From assembly GCA_001949185.1 (NCBI GenBank), contig BDGG01000014.1:1472586-1536585 (forward strand): a stretch of DNA of 64,000 bases, in the 5' to 3' direction. Under the pieces are notes generated by a model. It worked only from the letters and a program-made list of their open reading frames with translations. It did no database searches and was not told the origin of the DNA. Shown here piece by piece: positions 11,296 through 24,800 of the stretch. Within the stretch, counting starts at the first letter, position 1, and each line of letters opens with the position of its first letter. The translations under genes and the position numbers were made by a program. The stretch comes from Ramazzottius varieornatus. Lineage: Eukaryota; Animalia; Tardigrada.

Positions 11296-11698
11296 ACTGA
11301 TGGCGCAGCTATTGTTCGGCCATGTGTACACTGCTAGCAAAACAAGACTGTAACTCTGTGCCGACAAAGCCTCTCCACTGTCCACAGTCCGCAGTCCAGC
11401 TGTCTTTTTTTATCGCGATGCATCCATCATCACAACAAGTCAATTAACCTATCTTCCCCCCTTCATCCTTTGCCTCTTAACAAGGGCCCTCTTTCTTCCC
11501 TTTACTCAAGGTTCCCCCCATCCAGTCTAGCCAATCGTTCGCTCCTCTGCCAGGTACCGCTATCTCCATCATTCCATCTTCCTTCACCAACAGTGCTGTC
11601 CCATATATCAGTTTGAGTTCCTCCTGAAGGTCGATGTATTCCTTCTCTTGGCTTACGGATTTGACGTTAGAAGTTTCCGACAAGCTGTCAAATCGGCC

Positions 11699-14410
11699 AT
11701 GGTTCGTCATCGAGGCTTGTCGCCAGAGTCCGAGCCGTCTTCTTGCTCCTACACGTCGATCTCCGAGGGGTCGCCCTGTGCTTCGACCACTGCCAGCCCT
11801 CACAGTTCCACAAGCCCGCGCGGCCCTGCCCAGGAACCTTCGCCAGCTTCTTCACCCTCCTCCAGCGCCGCCATGCTTCATCGACCATCGCCGCGTCCGC
11901 CAGTCAGCAATCCCGTAACAAGTTCGAAGGATCTCAAGAATATCCACATCGAACTGTGCGATGTCGACTTGTGGAGAACCTTCAACACCAACGTCACCAA
12001 TGAAATGGTACTTATTCAGCTGTTGTTTCTGATTAGTCATTCACTCATTTCCATTAATTTCAAGACTCTTCTATGTAACATGCAGTCCCGATGACCCTTG
12101 GCATCGGCCTGCAGTCAACTTTCTGCATTGTAGGGTATTTCACACTTTTGTTTTTTCTATCTAGATTATCACCAAAAGCGGCCGAAAGATGTTCCCTATT
12201 GTCAAAGTGAAGGTTAGTGGAATGGAAGCGCAAGGAATGTACAGCGTCTCCATGGACTTTGTCCAGCAAGGTTCGCAGCGGTGGAAGTACACCGAAGGTG
12301 GCTGGTCACCAGCTGGCAAGGCCGAAGCTCAACCTCTGCCGGCAACCTACCTCCACAACAAGTCTCCTCACTACGGACATTTCTGGATGAAGGAACCCGT
12401 CGACTTTGCCAAAATCAAAGTCACCAACAAGAAGAGCGACGACAAGGTAACCTTTCATCACCTTTACTGTATCTTCACCCTAGATGCATTTTGTTGTCTT
12501 TACCAGATCTGGCTGAACTCTTTGCATCTTTATGAACCTCGCATTCGCATCTGTGAAATCGATCCCGTCGCCAAGAACGGCGAAATTGTCGTGGCCGAAA
12601 AACTTTTACCGGTAACATCTTCGTCGCATAAGCTGTCGTTAGCTTGGGATATGAAAATTCAGTCTGAAGATATGTATCTTGGAGAAACTTTGAACTCAGC
12701 TTCCACACAACTGTTTTTTTGCAGACGTGCGCTTTCATGGCTGTGACGAGCTACCAAAACGAGAGTATCACCCTCTTAAAGATCAAGCACAATCCTTTCG
12801 CCAAAGGCTTTGCTGAAGCTCGCAATCTCAAAGAGAAAAGGTTATAATTATTGTTCTCAGTACAGATGTGCACACCCGTTGAGAGACTGAAGCGAGATTT
12901 TACATTCGTTCTTCTTGTTTCTTTTAGGATGATGAGTTTCGATGAGATGGAAGATGTCTCTCCTGGGCCCACGCAGCACACCCCTCGCAATATGTACCAC
13001 CCATCCAGCGTCCCTATGCAACAACCCTCCAATGGTCAGTCGCCCTTCATGCACTTCTCGCCATGTAAGTCAGAGCTGCTGAGAGCTTATTCGTTTGATA
13101 TCTGGAATCGATGCAAACAAACTCGGCAAGTTTGTCTTTACAAGTGGCGCATGCTTGCAGCTAGTAGCACTGGCGGTATGCGCCACTTGGATAAAGTATC
13201 CTACCTAGTTTCTCTGCGCAGCTTCCATTCTCCGATGACTGGTCTTTCACGAATTCAATGCTGCGGAGGTTGAAGTATGCACTGTTAATTTCTTTTCCAG
13301 TGTCACCGTGGCAGAATGCAACGTCGGCGTACGATGGAACTTTCTCCATTTCCGACGCGTCACTCTCTCAGCAGTCGTCCGTCCTTCCTGCTCAGTCCAC
13401 TCCTCTATCCGACATCATCCTGCCTTTCCCAGCGGCGCCTCCCGAATACTCATCCCACCAAGACGACCTCGACCTGTCCATATCTTTCTACAATTCTGGC
13501 AGTCGACCCGCATCTTTGGTCCAAAAGACGGAAAAGGGTACGGCACAGTCTCTTGGCGCAATGCTCGCGGCAAGATTTACGAGAAACACATCATAGCCGG
13601 ATAGCCCCATAATTTATATCTTTCTTGCTCCCGGCTTGTGAAGAGCGCTTTAAGCGTGCAGTAGCACCCATATATTACTAATTATTATTAGTAGATGAGA
13701 AGGCGACAGCCGTGCAGTAAAATCAAGCAGGGAAGACCACCTGCGGTCCTTCTGATCTTTGTTACCACACCGTCCCCTCCCTGATTGATCGGTAATTACG
13801 GCCAAATCGCATTCTTTTCCCCCAACTCCATGACATGAAGTTCGAACTGTTCTAAGACACGGCGGTTGCTGCCGCCACTCTGACAGCATAGCCAAATACC
13901 ACGCTATTTAGGACTGCAGCGTAGAATTCCTTCGATAGTGGGCTTGTTCGGAATTTATGCTGACTAATCTTAAATGGGAGCACTGACGTTAAGTCGTTTG
14001 TTGTTGCAGGGTACCGTCATCACATGGCGCCGTACGACATGACTACTTCCGGGTTGTTCCACCGACGAGCGGCCAGCAGGGCTAACGAGGCTTACTGCAG
14101 CACGAGCAGCAGCAGCGGAGCCTACTCCTCCCGTGAGCACAACAGCAACACTGTTACGCCCTCTGCTGCCATGTACAGCACGGCCATGTCGTCTTATCAC
14201 CAATACCAGTACCAGTCAAGCCTGTACAGTGGTCTCCTCCAGGCAGATCCCGGCTGGAATGTTGGTAGATACACTGGCCCTTATTCTCCTCACTGGCAAC
14301 GCATGCCAGAAAGTATGCCGGAAGGACAGCAAATTCTCGCTGCACTCTCCCCGCAAGAGTCTTCGCCGGCTTCGACCGACAGCGGCGCTTCAAACTTCCT
14401 CTACCACTGA
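11699..14410 (+). CDS. bra: T-box transcription factor, Brachyury-like (divergent)
   Basis: Exons 11699-12007, 12165-12446, 12507-12611, 12725-12840, 12928-13065, 13301-13537, 14010-14410, with consistent phases. T-domain [80 protein letters not shown]-box call is certain; the Brachyury subfamily and the start codon are less certain. Confidence 0.75.
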
Positions 14411-14620
14411 AGATCCCACTCCTTTCCTCTGATCCACCATAGTTCCTGTACTTGATACTTCTCAACCAATCATTTTCGGAAAATCAAAGTTAGCTTTCGG
14501 TTTACTTTACTCAGCTTTGTGATACGCGTTCTTTCCCCTGACGTTGCTTTTTGCATACATGGCGTTTTGAGAACTGATCTCACGACCGTCGACCCAACCT
14601 TGAAGCTGCGTTGGTATAAT

Positions 14621-14854
14621 TTCACTTCCGCCGGAAGTTATCGGTATTCTTGGTAATTTCTGTAGTTCGGACTAGTAAAGTCATCACTTCACTTCCGCCG
14701 GAAGTTATCGGTGTTCTTAGATTCTTGCAGCTCGGACTAGTAAAGTTATCACTTCACTTCCGCCGGAAGTTATCGCGAGTTTCGGTGCTCGTGTGGTCGA
14801 AGTTTGCACTGGTACATATAAGCAACGTATTGACTTCAGCTCCGCCGGAAGTTA
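14621..14854. repeat. Minisatellite (~65-83 bp period) built on the quasi-palindrome ACTTCCGCCGGAAGT
   Basis: Core at 14624, 14691 and 14756, with a degenerate copy at ~14839. The first two spacers share CGGACTAGTAAAGT. Confidence 0.85.
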
Positions 14855-15134
14855 CCAAAACGAATGAAAACTTCTGTACCTGGTAAGGTCGTTAAAGCAG
14901 ATGAACTATTGTATGACTTATACAGTAACAACAGAGCCGTCAGAAGCCACAATATTGATAAAGAAAAATATGCGTACGGTACATGCATATGTTGACAGCG
15001 TCCATTCCGGGGATCAGACTAGTCGCCTTCACGTTCAGTCAGAGAATGAGCAAAAAAGCAAACGGAAAGGATTTTGGCTAAAAACAGAAAAGGGAGGAAG
15101 CCACTGGGACTGGAGAGAACCTCACCACACAGGA

Positions 15135-17187
15135 CTATCCGCTAACTATCGGTTCCGGTTGTGTCGCGGGTGGAGGCTGGCTACAACTGTTCTCCTCAAT
15201 GGGCGAGGTCCCATCGGAAGGGAAGACACCGAGAACAGTCAACTGGGCAAAGCCTAACAGGGAAGACTCATCCGGCACTTCGTTGGGCGACACACCGGAA
15301 GTGAGGGGAAAGACAATCGACCGTGACAGCGGTGGATGCTCTATCGTCTTTCGTAAGGCCGCGCCAACGACGGATAAATCCCTCCCGTCCACTAAGGAAA
15401 ACATTCCATCAACAACATGCTTCCATGCTACTTGTTGAACCAACAGATTTTGATGGTGGATGATGGGAACGTACCGAGGCCAGCAGAGATGAGTTCGGCA
15501 GCGATGGCATCGGCAGCGTCCACTCCGATGGTATATTCAAAGCGGATATCATTCAGCTCGCGGTTCTGATTCCGTACGCGCAGCACAAAACCCACCACTT
15601 CTCCATTCGTCCACGCTGCAACGAAGTATGCAACCATCAAGGTCTATTTAGGCAGAAAGGATGACCCGTCGGTGTGCTTACGGGCTGTTTCTTCCAGCAG
15701 GCCATTTGATAGCAGGCCCACATTATCTACAGCGTCGATGGCATCGACCTCGGTAGGTGCTGGTGAGACGTACTCGTCGTCTTCGGTGAAGGTCCAGTCG
15801 CCGCTTTCTGTCCGGAAGAAGCGTCCACTGCCGTGCTTGTCGCTGCTGCTCGTCTCGTCATAAGGCTTGATGTACATGCCTGGACCGTGGTCAAGAAGGG
15901 TCTCTTTGAGATACTTCCGGTCCTTTACTTTCTTGAAGAAGGGATATTTCAACAGTTCAGTGGCCGTTGGCCGCTTGGTTGGGTCTTTCTGCAGACAGTC
16001 CGTAATCAGCTTCCTAAAAAGGACAGGCAACCCTTGATATCGCGCTTTGACAGAGACAGAAAAAAGACAGCAGGCTAACCGGAAGTTCTTGCTGTAATGT
16101 TTGTATTGATCCTTAATTTCCGCTCCGGTTTCCAACGAAGGAGATTCATTTTGTAAGGTCAGCATTAAAACTTTCATGGCGGGAAACTTGTGGTAAGGCG
16201 CCCGTCCGGTGGCCAGTTCGATGGCAGTAATACCGAAACTCCAAATGTCCGCTTTGTAATCGTAGCCCACCACTTGCTCCATAACCTGCAATCACCGCCA
16301 GCATGAATCTCTCATGGAAAAACTATTTCGAGCCCTCAGAACCGAACGGAAGACTAAAGTATGACCATACTTCCGGAGCCATGAAGCACGGAGTTCCTAC
16401 GAACGTATGGCGGCAGTTGTCGCGTAGTCCACCACCGTAGTTGGCGATGAAAGCGCTAACGCCAAAGTCGGCGATTTGTACACTACCATCTTCACCCAAT
16501 AAGATATTTCCCGCTTTGATATCCCGATGAATTTGCCCGTTGTGGTGGAAATATTCCAGGCCTTTTAGGACTTCTTTCAAGACTGTGGCGATGGTCGTTT
16601 CGTCAAAGACACCATGACGGCAATCTTCATTCTCCAGCCGGTATTTGATGATGTCGTGCAGTGATCCACCGGCTAGAAGCTTGATAACCAGCCACAGTTC
16701 CTCATCGACCACGAAGGAGGTGTAGTAGTTGACCACGTTCTCATGATTACACAGCGACATGGCCTGAAATGAAAACGGGAATATGGATCAGGCTAATGCA
16801 GTTTCAAGGCCCCCAGTGCGCAAAAGAAAACCAGACAGGGCGGAGTCATCACGTGTGCGCGAGTGAGCATCCATAGGCACACAATTAGGCAACGTGCGCA
16901 TGATAGCACTCAGTTGTCCAATGGAGCCATACCTGGATTTCTTTGCACAATTCTTCCATGTTAGTGGACACTTTCTCCAGATTGATCCGTTTGATGGCAC
17001 AACGCTGGTTCCGGGGGATACACATGGCGGCGTACACTTGAGCAGTAGCTCCCATACCGATGACATTCTTGATCTCGTAAGATTTGGGTCCAGTTGGCCA
17101 GCCATTGGAAGAGGTCGATGGTCCATTCTTGGGAAGAGTGGAAGCAGCAGGGGAATCACCCGTCGATAAATCAGCTTTCGTTTCCAT
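15135..17187 (-). CDS. gck-3: STE20/GCK-VI kinase SPAK/OSR1 (gck-3/Fray/STK39/OXSR1)
   Basis: [69 protein letters not shown]-motif [15 protein letters not shown], and CCT/PF2 domain [39 protein letters not shown]. Multi-exon. Confidence 0.93.
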
Positions 17188-17355
17188 TATACCTTCTCTT
17201 TCCGCCTGATCGAGCTTGGAGTCACCTGTGAATTACAACAACAGTAACCCACAAAGAAAGAGAGAACGTGACGGGTCTAACAGAAATTTTTCCAGGTAGT
17301 CTTAACGTAAGCTGCTGATCTCTATGTTGACATTTTGCGCAATGTCAAAAGAGTA

Positions 17356-17786
17356 AGGTCTTACAAAAACTAAGCTGGCTTGGTGGTGTAATTACACCAG
17401 CTACTTTGGTGGATACGCCCAAAAACTTTTTTGACCAGTTAGGAAAGCGGTATAACGGCTCGCTTTGAAAGCCCCGCACTGCAAGTAAGTACGCTCGGAG
17501 GATTATGAGATCTTTGATGTCGGAGGAACCACCATACACTCACTAGTAGGATGAGTAGCGAGAAACTTCGTCATGGAAGTGGCATTTGAAAGTTTGAAGG
17601 GGAGCACAGCGCACTCGGGATGTTGGTTAAGCCTGGTGTCATTACGAGTCGTTCCGAAGCGACTCGTAATTACACCGAAAGTGTAATGTCTGGTGGAATG
17701 AAAAAGCCAATCGTATGGGTGTGGGTGGAGCCAATTATACTAGCGCTGTAATTCCACCAGCGGTGTAATCTATCTTTGTAAGCCCT
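17356..17786. mobile_element. Putative MITE (~430 bp) with 12-bp TIRs and TA flanks
   Basis: Left TA|AGGTCTTACAAA, right TTTGTAAGCCCT|TA (11/12 match). Internal palindrome TGGTGTAATTACACCA (17384-17399), hairpin ATTACGAGTCG-8nt-CGACTCGTAAT (17641-17670), and repeated GTAAT/ATTACACC motifs. No coding capacity. Confidence 0.55.
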
Positions 17787-18878
17787 TAATGTGATCAGTG
17801 CTTCCTGTTTGGCGAACATCACCCAGCGTGCCGCAGACGTACTTTATCACAGCACGCTGCAGGCTGCAAGGCTTCGAAGTCAGCTGTACAAGCACCATTG
17901 GGCCATTGCGCTTCTGTTTACTTAACACATGACTGCCCTTGAATCATTGATTTCCATATTGAAAACATCGTACGAGTACTACGGACAGCACGGCGCGAGT
18001 ACACAGGTTGCTGAAGAGGTCACAAGCTCTGCTTACTGGAAGGCCACACCTCCACAGTTTTGATTGGCTGCGAGCGGGATAAGCAGTTTACAGCTGTGCG
18101 AACGGAAGCAGTCGTTATACGCCAAAAGTCGATGTATTGATAGATTGCCCTGTTTCGCAGCTAAAGACGAGGTACCGGCTATACAGCCTTCAATTTGCAG
18201 TGAAGGTTATTCCTTCTCCTTCCGGGATTTCGCGGTTTTAGTAGAAAATCGGTTAAAAACGTTCAATCAGGGCGCAAAATACCGTGAATGTGGCCGCCGC
18301 AGTCAATGTAGGTCGGCTGTTTCGTGCAGTGGTGACTGCTGTAGTATTGTGGCCCACCTTTTGGACCCTCAATCAGACAGGTTAAGTTGGGTGCACCTAA
18401 TTTTATATTACTTTTTGACCCCTCCAGCAACCTCTGCCGCTCTGCGCGGGTACGCACTACGCAGTACTCGTACTTCGTATACCTATGCTATACTCCAAGG
18501 ACCCATGACCGAGTTCCGCTGCTTCAGACTCTCCACCCGAACATGCACGACAGTTTTTAGGTTTGCTCGCGCAAGATACCGTTAACATCAACACCGGATA
18601 AAAATCGTCCACTCCTCGGAATCTCTTGGAAAAAGTACGACGGGCAAACTGAATAATGATGAATATCGGGATCTGGAATAACTTGGTCTAAAAGGTAACA
18701 GAAGACTACAGGAATGCGAGATGTGAACAGCTTTCATAACAGAACAATAAATTTGAGCCAAGGCAGTTTTTGGAAAAGGACAAAACATCTGGAAACATTC
18801 GAAGCGCACGTAGTCGGAAGAACCAGGGGGCAAATATTTCACCCAGCATTCAGAAATAAAAAAGCAAATTCCCTCTGT

Positions 18879-21800
18879 TCATTTCACCTCTGTGATAGTC
18901 TCCACCGTTGTCCCATTGGGCGTGTCGACCACGGTGGTCGAATCGACGACTCTGGCTCGGGGACTAGGCGGCAAGATGTTCTCGTCGATATAGTTGGTCA
19001 CGGGACGGTTGAATGCCGTCTTGGGGACCTTTTCCAGATGGTGGAAGTCTGACTCGTCCATCGGGCCGTGCTTCTTGAGGAGAAGCGCGTCCGTCGCTTC
19101 GTTCTCCTGTATCTTGTCTGAAGGCGAGTACTGGTTCCTTCCTCTCCGCCGTATCCTACACATGTAAATTATGACGGCGATCAGAGCGGCCAGGAGGAAG
19201 ATGCCGCAGATGACGCCAACGATGATGGCTGTATTTCGTTGAAATGCTGGCGTCGCTTCCTACTCACATAGACATAACATTACTTCCGTAAGGTGGGTAT
19301 ATATTGATAGTAAGCGGTCATGTCGTTGTGTGACACGCTGTATACTAATTGATATGACATTACTTGTGTAGGGGCTGCCGGGAAGGCCTGGTACTCTTCA
19401 GCGACCGCAGGCGCCACGTTCCACTGGGGAAACTGAAGTTCGGTTTGCATGTGGGACGAATCGGTGGGTGCGACGAGACCGACAAGGACTGGGGGAAGGA
19501 TGGGGGCGGCACACGCCGACTCTTCAAGGTGGGCGCCGGTGAAACGGGTGGTGGTTCCCGGCGAGGATTCATTGCGGAGAGCTGTCTCCAGCGGTGTTAG
19601 TGGGCCAACCTTGTCGGTGTTGTATACCAAGTCGATTTCTGGGTCTGAAGCAGTCAAGAAGCAAAACTAGCTAGACGACGGGCATCAGCTGGATATTGTA
19701 TGAAACTTACTGGATAGACATCCGGAATAAGGTTTGTAGGCCTCAAGCTCGGGGCTGCGGCGAACTGGAATGTCGATACCACCGATCGTGACGTACTGGA
19801 CGAAGCCTGGATACTGGCTGCTTGTCCAGCCGACTTCTCTTTTTGTTCCATCCACCTATATCATAAACACTGGTACTCACCATCCGGCAGCCTAAGAACG
19901 TATATTACAAATAACTCTTTTGATTTCCGCCGCTGTCTGGAGGCTCAATTTTCAGTCTTGCTCCTCCCGGATATTTGACAAGTTTTCAGCTAAACACAGG
20001 GCTTGTCCTACCGTCCGGCCTGCTCTGATTTCTATGTGTAAGAGTGCTGGCTTTAGTATAAGTTTGCAAACCTGAATGTTCATTTGCGCTGAGCCGATTT
20101 CTACTTGAACGTGGTGTCTCTGGCCGTCAGCAAAGTTGCCGGCTATCACTTCTCGAGAGCGCGAAGCTTCCTCCGTCAGCACGTCGACAATGACCTCTCC
20201 CTTGGTTGTCAACCCAATGACGATTTCTGTCAACTTTCTGCAAGAAGAGAAAAGCAGCCCTGATTATCAGTACGGTTGATGGTGTGCGTCCTTCATTTGT
20301 CGGCTCTTACTGGAAAGTCTGGACAAAGAGCATGGCCACATCTTCTTGCGGTACGACAGCGGTAGAGAAAGTCAGGGCAAGCCTCAGCTTCTTGCTAATG
20401 TCAAAGGCTTGTCCACGGGCATAGCTGTAAGCGACGACCAGGCAGGAGGATGCGTCAAAGTTCGCTCCAATATCTATGGAAGAGGACACTGGTGAAGGTA
20501 AGGGTTGCACTGCAGCGTCGTCAATGTTTCTCACCGTCAGTACAAGTGGCACCTCCGTATGACGTGTTGCGGCAGATGCATTCGGTGGGCACAGTTACAT
20601 TGCCCCAGTTATTGACGCAACGCCCGCCATGACTGCAGGGATTGAGGCGATCACAGGAGGCATGACAGTCGTCCACCACACCTGCACAGACCAAGCATGG
20701 GTACTGTACACTAAGACCTTAGTTGTACAATAGGAAGCGTTTAACGTACCGGACGACCTCTCGGAATCGGCTTCGCCAGCCAGATCGAACAAGTGCTGGC
20801 CTATCTTGACCCCACGGATACAGCCATACCAGCCGGGGAAGTTGGTGGTCAATTGTGGTCTGGCTACCCCACCAACGTACACGTTCTTGAAGTTGGCAAT
20901 GGCATAGTACGGTCTGGAAGGGACGATACTTTCCAAGGCTAGGTCACGCTTGTCGAAGGGCAAATGGGTGTAAGCCGTGATGTACTTGCGGCCTTCGGCT
21001 AGTTCCAGGCTGGCCGAATGGTGGTAGTCGACAGTCAAGACCGTCGTACCATTGTCTTGTCGCTGAACATGGACTTGGTGCCTGAGAGGGACGGCACATC
21101 ATTATCTTGCACAGTCAAAGCCAATGTCATCGGCCAGAAAGTATACTGTACTGTACCATCTGCCGTCGGTGAAGGAGTCGTCAGTGACAGTCAGGCTCTT
21201 GATGCGGTTACCGTTGTTGAAGGTGAAGATGAGTTGGCGGCTGTTCCATAGGTGCAGCTGCATAAAGTTATGAACGTTGTCGTGGGCGTACAAGAGGATG
21301 CCGGAGGGCGAGTGGCTGCGGAAGCTGAGAAGAAGGTCCTCGTTGAACATGTTCTCCACAGGGATGGTCCGGAACTGCATGTAGGACGTATCGGGGCTTT
21401 CAAACGTTATGGCCTTCGTGTTGATATCTAAGGGCCACAACGCATACCATCACGACCATGTATAGACAACCTTTCTTTTGCTGTACCGCATTGTCCAACT
21501 TCCAACAGACATTTCTCGACATTTTGCTACATTTACATTACTGGCTTCCATATGGAATGGAAGACTACTACTAACGTATAGAATTTGACTGTACCGATTT
21601 GGCAGAGCGGTCCCGACTGGGCTAGTGGATTGGCACACAAGCATTCGAAGGAGCCAAACTTGTCGAAACATTCCGCACCGTTTTGGCAAGGGTTGGGCGA
21701 GCAGGAAGACTGGCATCCTCGGCGGATGTCTTGTGAATGAGAGCCTTCCACAGCAGCTTCCACATCAACACTGACGCCACCGCGAAAGAAACCTTTGATG

Positions 21801-24800
21801 CAACCGATCAAACCCGGCTCGGCTTCCGGTACATCCCTTCAAATAAAGACACGAGTACACAGACCATCCACGAAGTGTACAGCGTAGGGAAAGAACTTAC
21901 GCTGGGTATCCTCCCACATGGAGGACACCGACGTACTGGCCAACCCGATCGAACTTGGACCAGGACATGTAGGCCGAATTCAGATCAACCGACAGGCGCA
22001 GTTCGTCACTGCCAAACTCCACCTTGACCAGATGCCATGCCCCATTGTTCAGTCGCTTGCCAGAGGTGGCAACTTGCAAGGCTTGAACGATGCCATTGAA
22101 GGAAATGAACAAGGTCACCGTTGTTTCTATCAGACAGGATAAAAGTCAGTTTTGATATAAGGCCAGGGTGCCGACTGTGGCGAAAGTGTCAATTGTTACC
22201 GTTGGTTTGGGCGATACGGAAAGAGTTGACTTGCCACTTGGTAGTGACACCGGGTTGGTAGATGAGAACAGCCTGCTTGAGGTTGGTCTTGTAGAAGAAG
22301 CTAATGTCTTCCTCGTCCTTTAGCGTGGCCATCTGCAGCGAACCGGTATGGGACATGAAGGAGACTGTTCGCTCGATCCAACTCTTGCCTAGACACTCCA
22401 GCGCACCCAACGACAGCGTACCCGCTCCCCGGATAGGGCGATTGATGAATGTCATATTGGTGATGCCCACAAACTCCTTACTGGTAAAGTATCCTTCATC
22501 GACCTAAAGAGCAAAGACCATGCTCTTTCCACAAATGAAGCAAATGGTTGATCATCGACAGGAATAAGTAGTTACGCGGTTGGTGCCGTCGTCGGCGTCG
22601 CAGTTGCACGGAAGATCGCGTGAGGTGCCCATGGCGCACAAGGTACCACCGGTAGCGCAGCTGCACTTCCCTGGCGTATCCGAACCGAAACTAGTGACGT
22701 TACCCGTCTCGTGGGCTGAGCGGAACCAAGTGTGCGTTCCTAGCCTATACAGCAACGAATATGCTCCAGTTTCACTCGACTTAAAGTCAGGCAAAGACTT
22801 ACTTCAATGGAGCCATGCGACACTTATAAGAGATGAACTGTCGACACTGCTGAGAGATATCCACCAGTTTCTTCAAAGAGTCCTCCTGGTCGAACTGTCT
22901 GTATTGGATGGCGTATCTGATGGCGCCCAACTTGGAAGTCTTGAGCTCGACAGGGTGGAAATTATGCGTTACTACCGTTGTTCCGGGCTCGCTGGTCATG
23001 TTACAGTAGACGAAGGTCGGCTTCATCGGACCACTGCCATCCAGATCGATTCTGCAACATCATCACCAACATACAGTACGGTAATGCAAAGGAATGGAAA
23101 GATAGGCACATTCTGCTCCATACATGTGGACTCCACTGCGGCGTTCTCCAGCCAAGAAGAGGTCGGTGCAAGTCTGCATGTAAGAGGGAATGGCGCAGGT
23201 CTTGCCGCTGTAGCCACTACCGTCGCACTGACATGTCGCGCCCATGATACCATTTCGACACAGCGAGCCATGCTGGCAAGGGTTACTGCTTTCGCAGGTC
23301 GGTCCCGCCGTGCCGCACTTGCCCAGGGCAACGTCGTTGCTCCCTTCAGCGTTAGCCACCGTTCGGCCATCCACCAGTTGATCAGCTTGCCGAATGTGTC
23401 GGACACAACCACTGAAACCGCTGGCTTCGCCACGACGTCCGATGGTCAGTGGACCGCGCAGCAACATTGAATCGGTGGCCGGGCTCAACTCGAATGCTTG
23501 CCCATCCACCTTACAAGACAAAGCAAGGCTGAAAAGGGCCAAATCTAACTTGATATTTTAATGTTGGGTGATATACCAGTAGAGAGACTTTAACTCGTTG
23601 AGCCACTACCGACGCCATCTTGATGGAGTTGGGGTCATCTTCCGGCATCGGTGCAAGTCGGAGACGGTACATTTGGCTGTTGACAAGTTCGCTGCTGTTG
23701 ATGGAAGAATCGGTGGTGGCCGTCACAGCCGGGCCAATGACGAAGCCAATGATTTGCGTCGTCGCTTGGGATTGCTCGGAGACTTGTTGAGTAGCGCTCT
23801 GGCTGGCTGGTTCCGTAGACTGGCCCGTAGGTGAAGGCGACAGATTGACGGCGGCGGGGGAGACAGCTTCTGCCTCAGACTTGCTGCTGGATATGGCCTG
23901 GCTATCGACAGCCATGTTGGCAGCTTCTTCGTCGCTGGCCATCGGAGCCACTCCTCCCGCGCCTTCCTTGTCCGCCGACCCATCGTCTATGGACAATCAG
24001 TCGTAAAGCATAGGTTGTCCCGCAGAAAGGAAGTAATCAGCGTACCTTGACGGCGAACCCGTTGAGCCTGATAACCGACAATAGCTTGAGAGTTTGCCTG
24101 ATCGACCACCTTCAACTGAAGGCTATGCCAGTTTCCGTCAGCCGTCACCCGAGCCAGAGGCTCGGTGTACAACTGCTGCATGTTCCCCGCTTGGTCGGGA
24201 TAGTTTAGTCCCAAGACCAGTCCGTTCGAGCCGACGTCGACCTACTCGCACACTCACACCCTTAAAAGCAAGAAAGAAGGATCAGAAGATAAGGCACCTT
24301 ACCTTGAAGTCACCCGCACCATACTGAGTCTGCAGGTCGGCGCTGATGATGGTGGCTCGTGGAGTTGGCTCGGCGGGAACTATGCGAAAGTCCATGGCAA
24401 TGTCCAGAGGTGAGTGGGCGGGCTCGGCGCTAATCAGCGCGATGACGGCAGCTGCCTCGAGGGAAGCCAGCGTGACAGCTAGGTCTTGGCTGCGAATGTC
24501 CTCGCAACCTTGGTCCACAACGTCAGCTGGACGAAGGCGGATGGCACGGCCTGTCGTGGATTTGAGGAAGGTCGTCAGACTGCGTGGGTTACGCAGAGAC
24601 TCCAAAATGTTGGTGGAACCCAGGTAAACGCGACGCAGACATCCCACGAATGGCTGTGAATCTACAACACAGCCATTAAGCCACACATTGCAAAGGAAAA
24701 TCTGCACAAAAACAACCCCTCGTATAAAAGCCTAAAAGGCATAAAGCTATGACGCAACATTTCAACTGTGTGGAATAAAACAAAACCAGTAAGAAAAGTG

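Noticed and set aside
14621-14854. CRISPR-like look of a palindromic repeat with spacers
   Set aside because: Eukaryotic context, the first two spacers are homologous to each other, the repeat is short, and no cas genes are present.
22580-23470. 296-aa plus-strand ORF
   Set aside because: Antisense to well-supported EGF/FBG exons of the neurexin-family gene; no recognisable motif.
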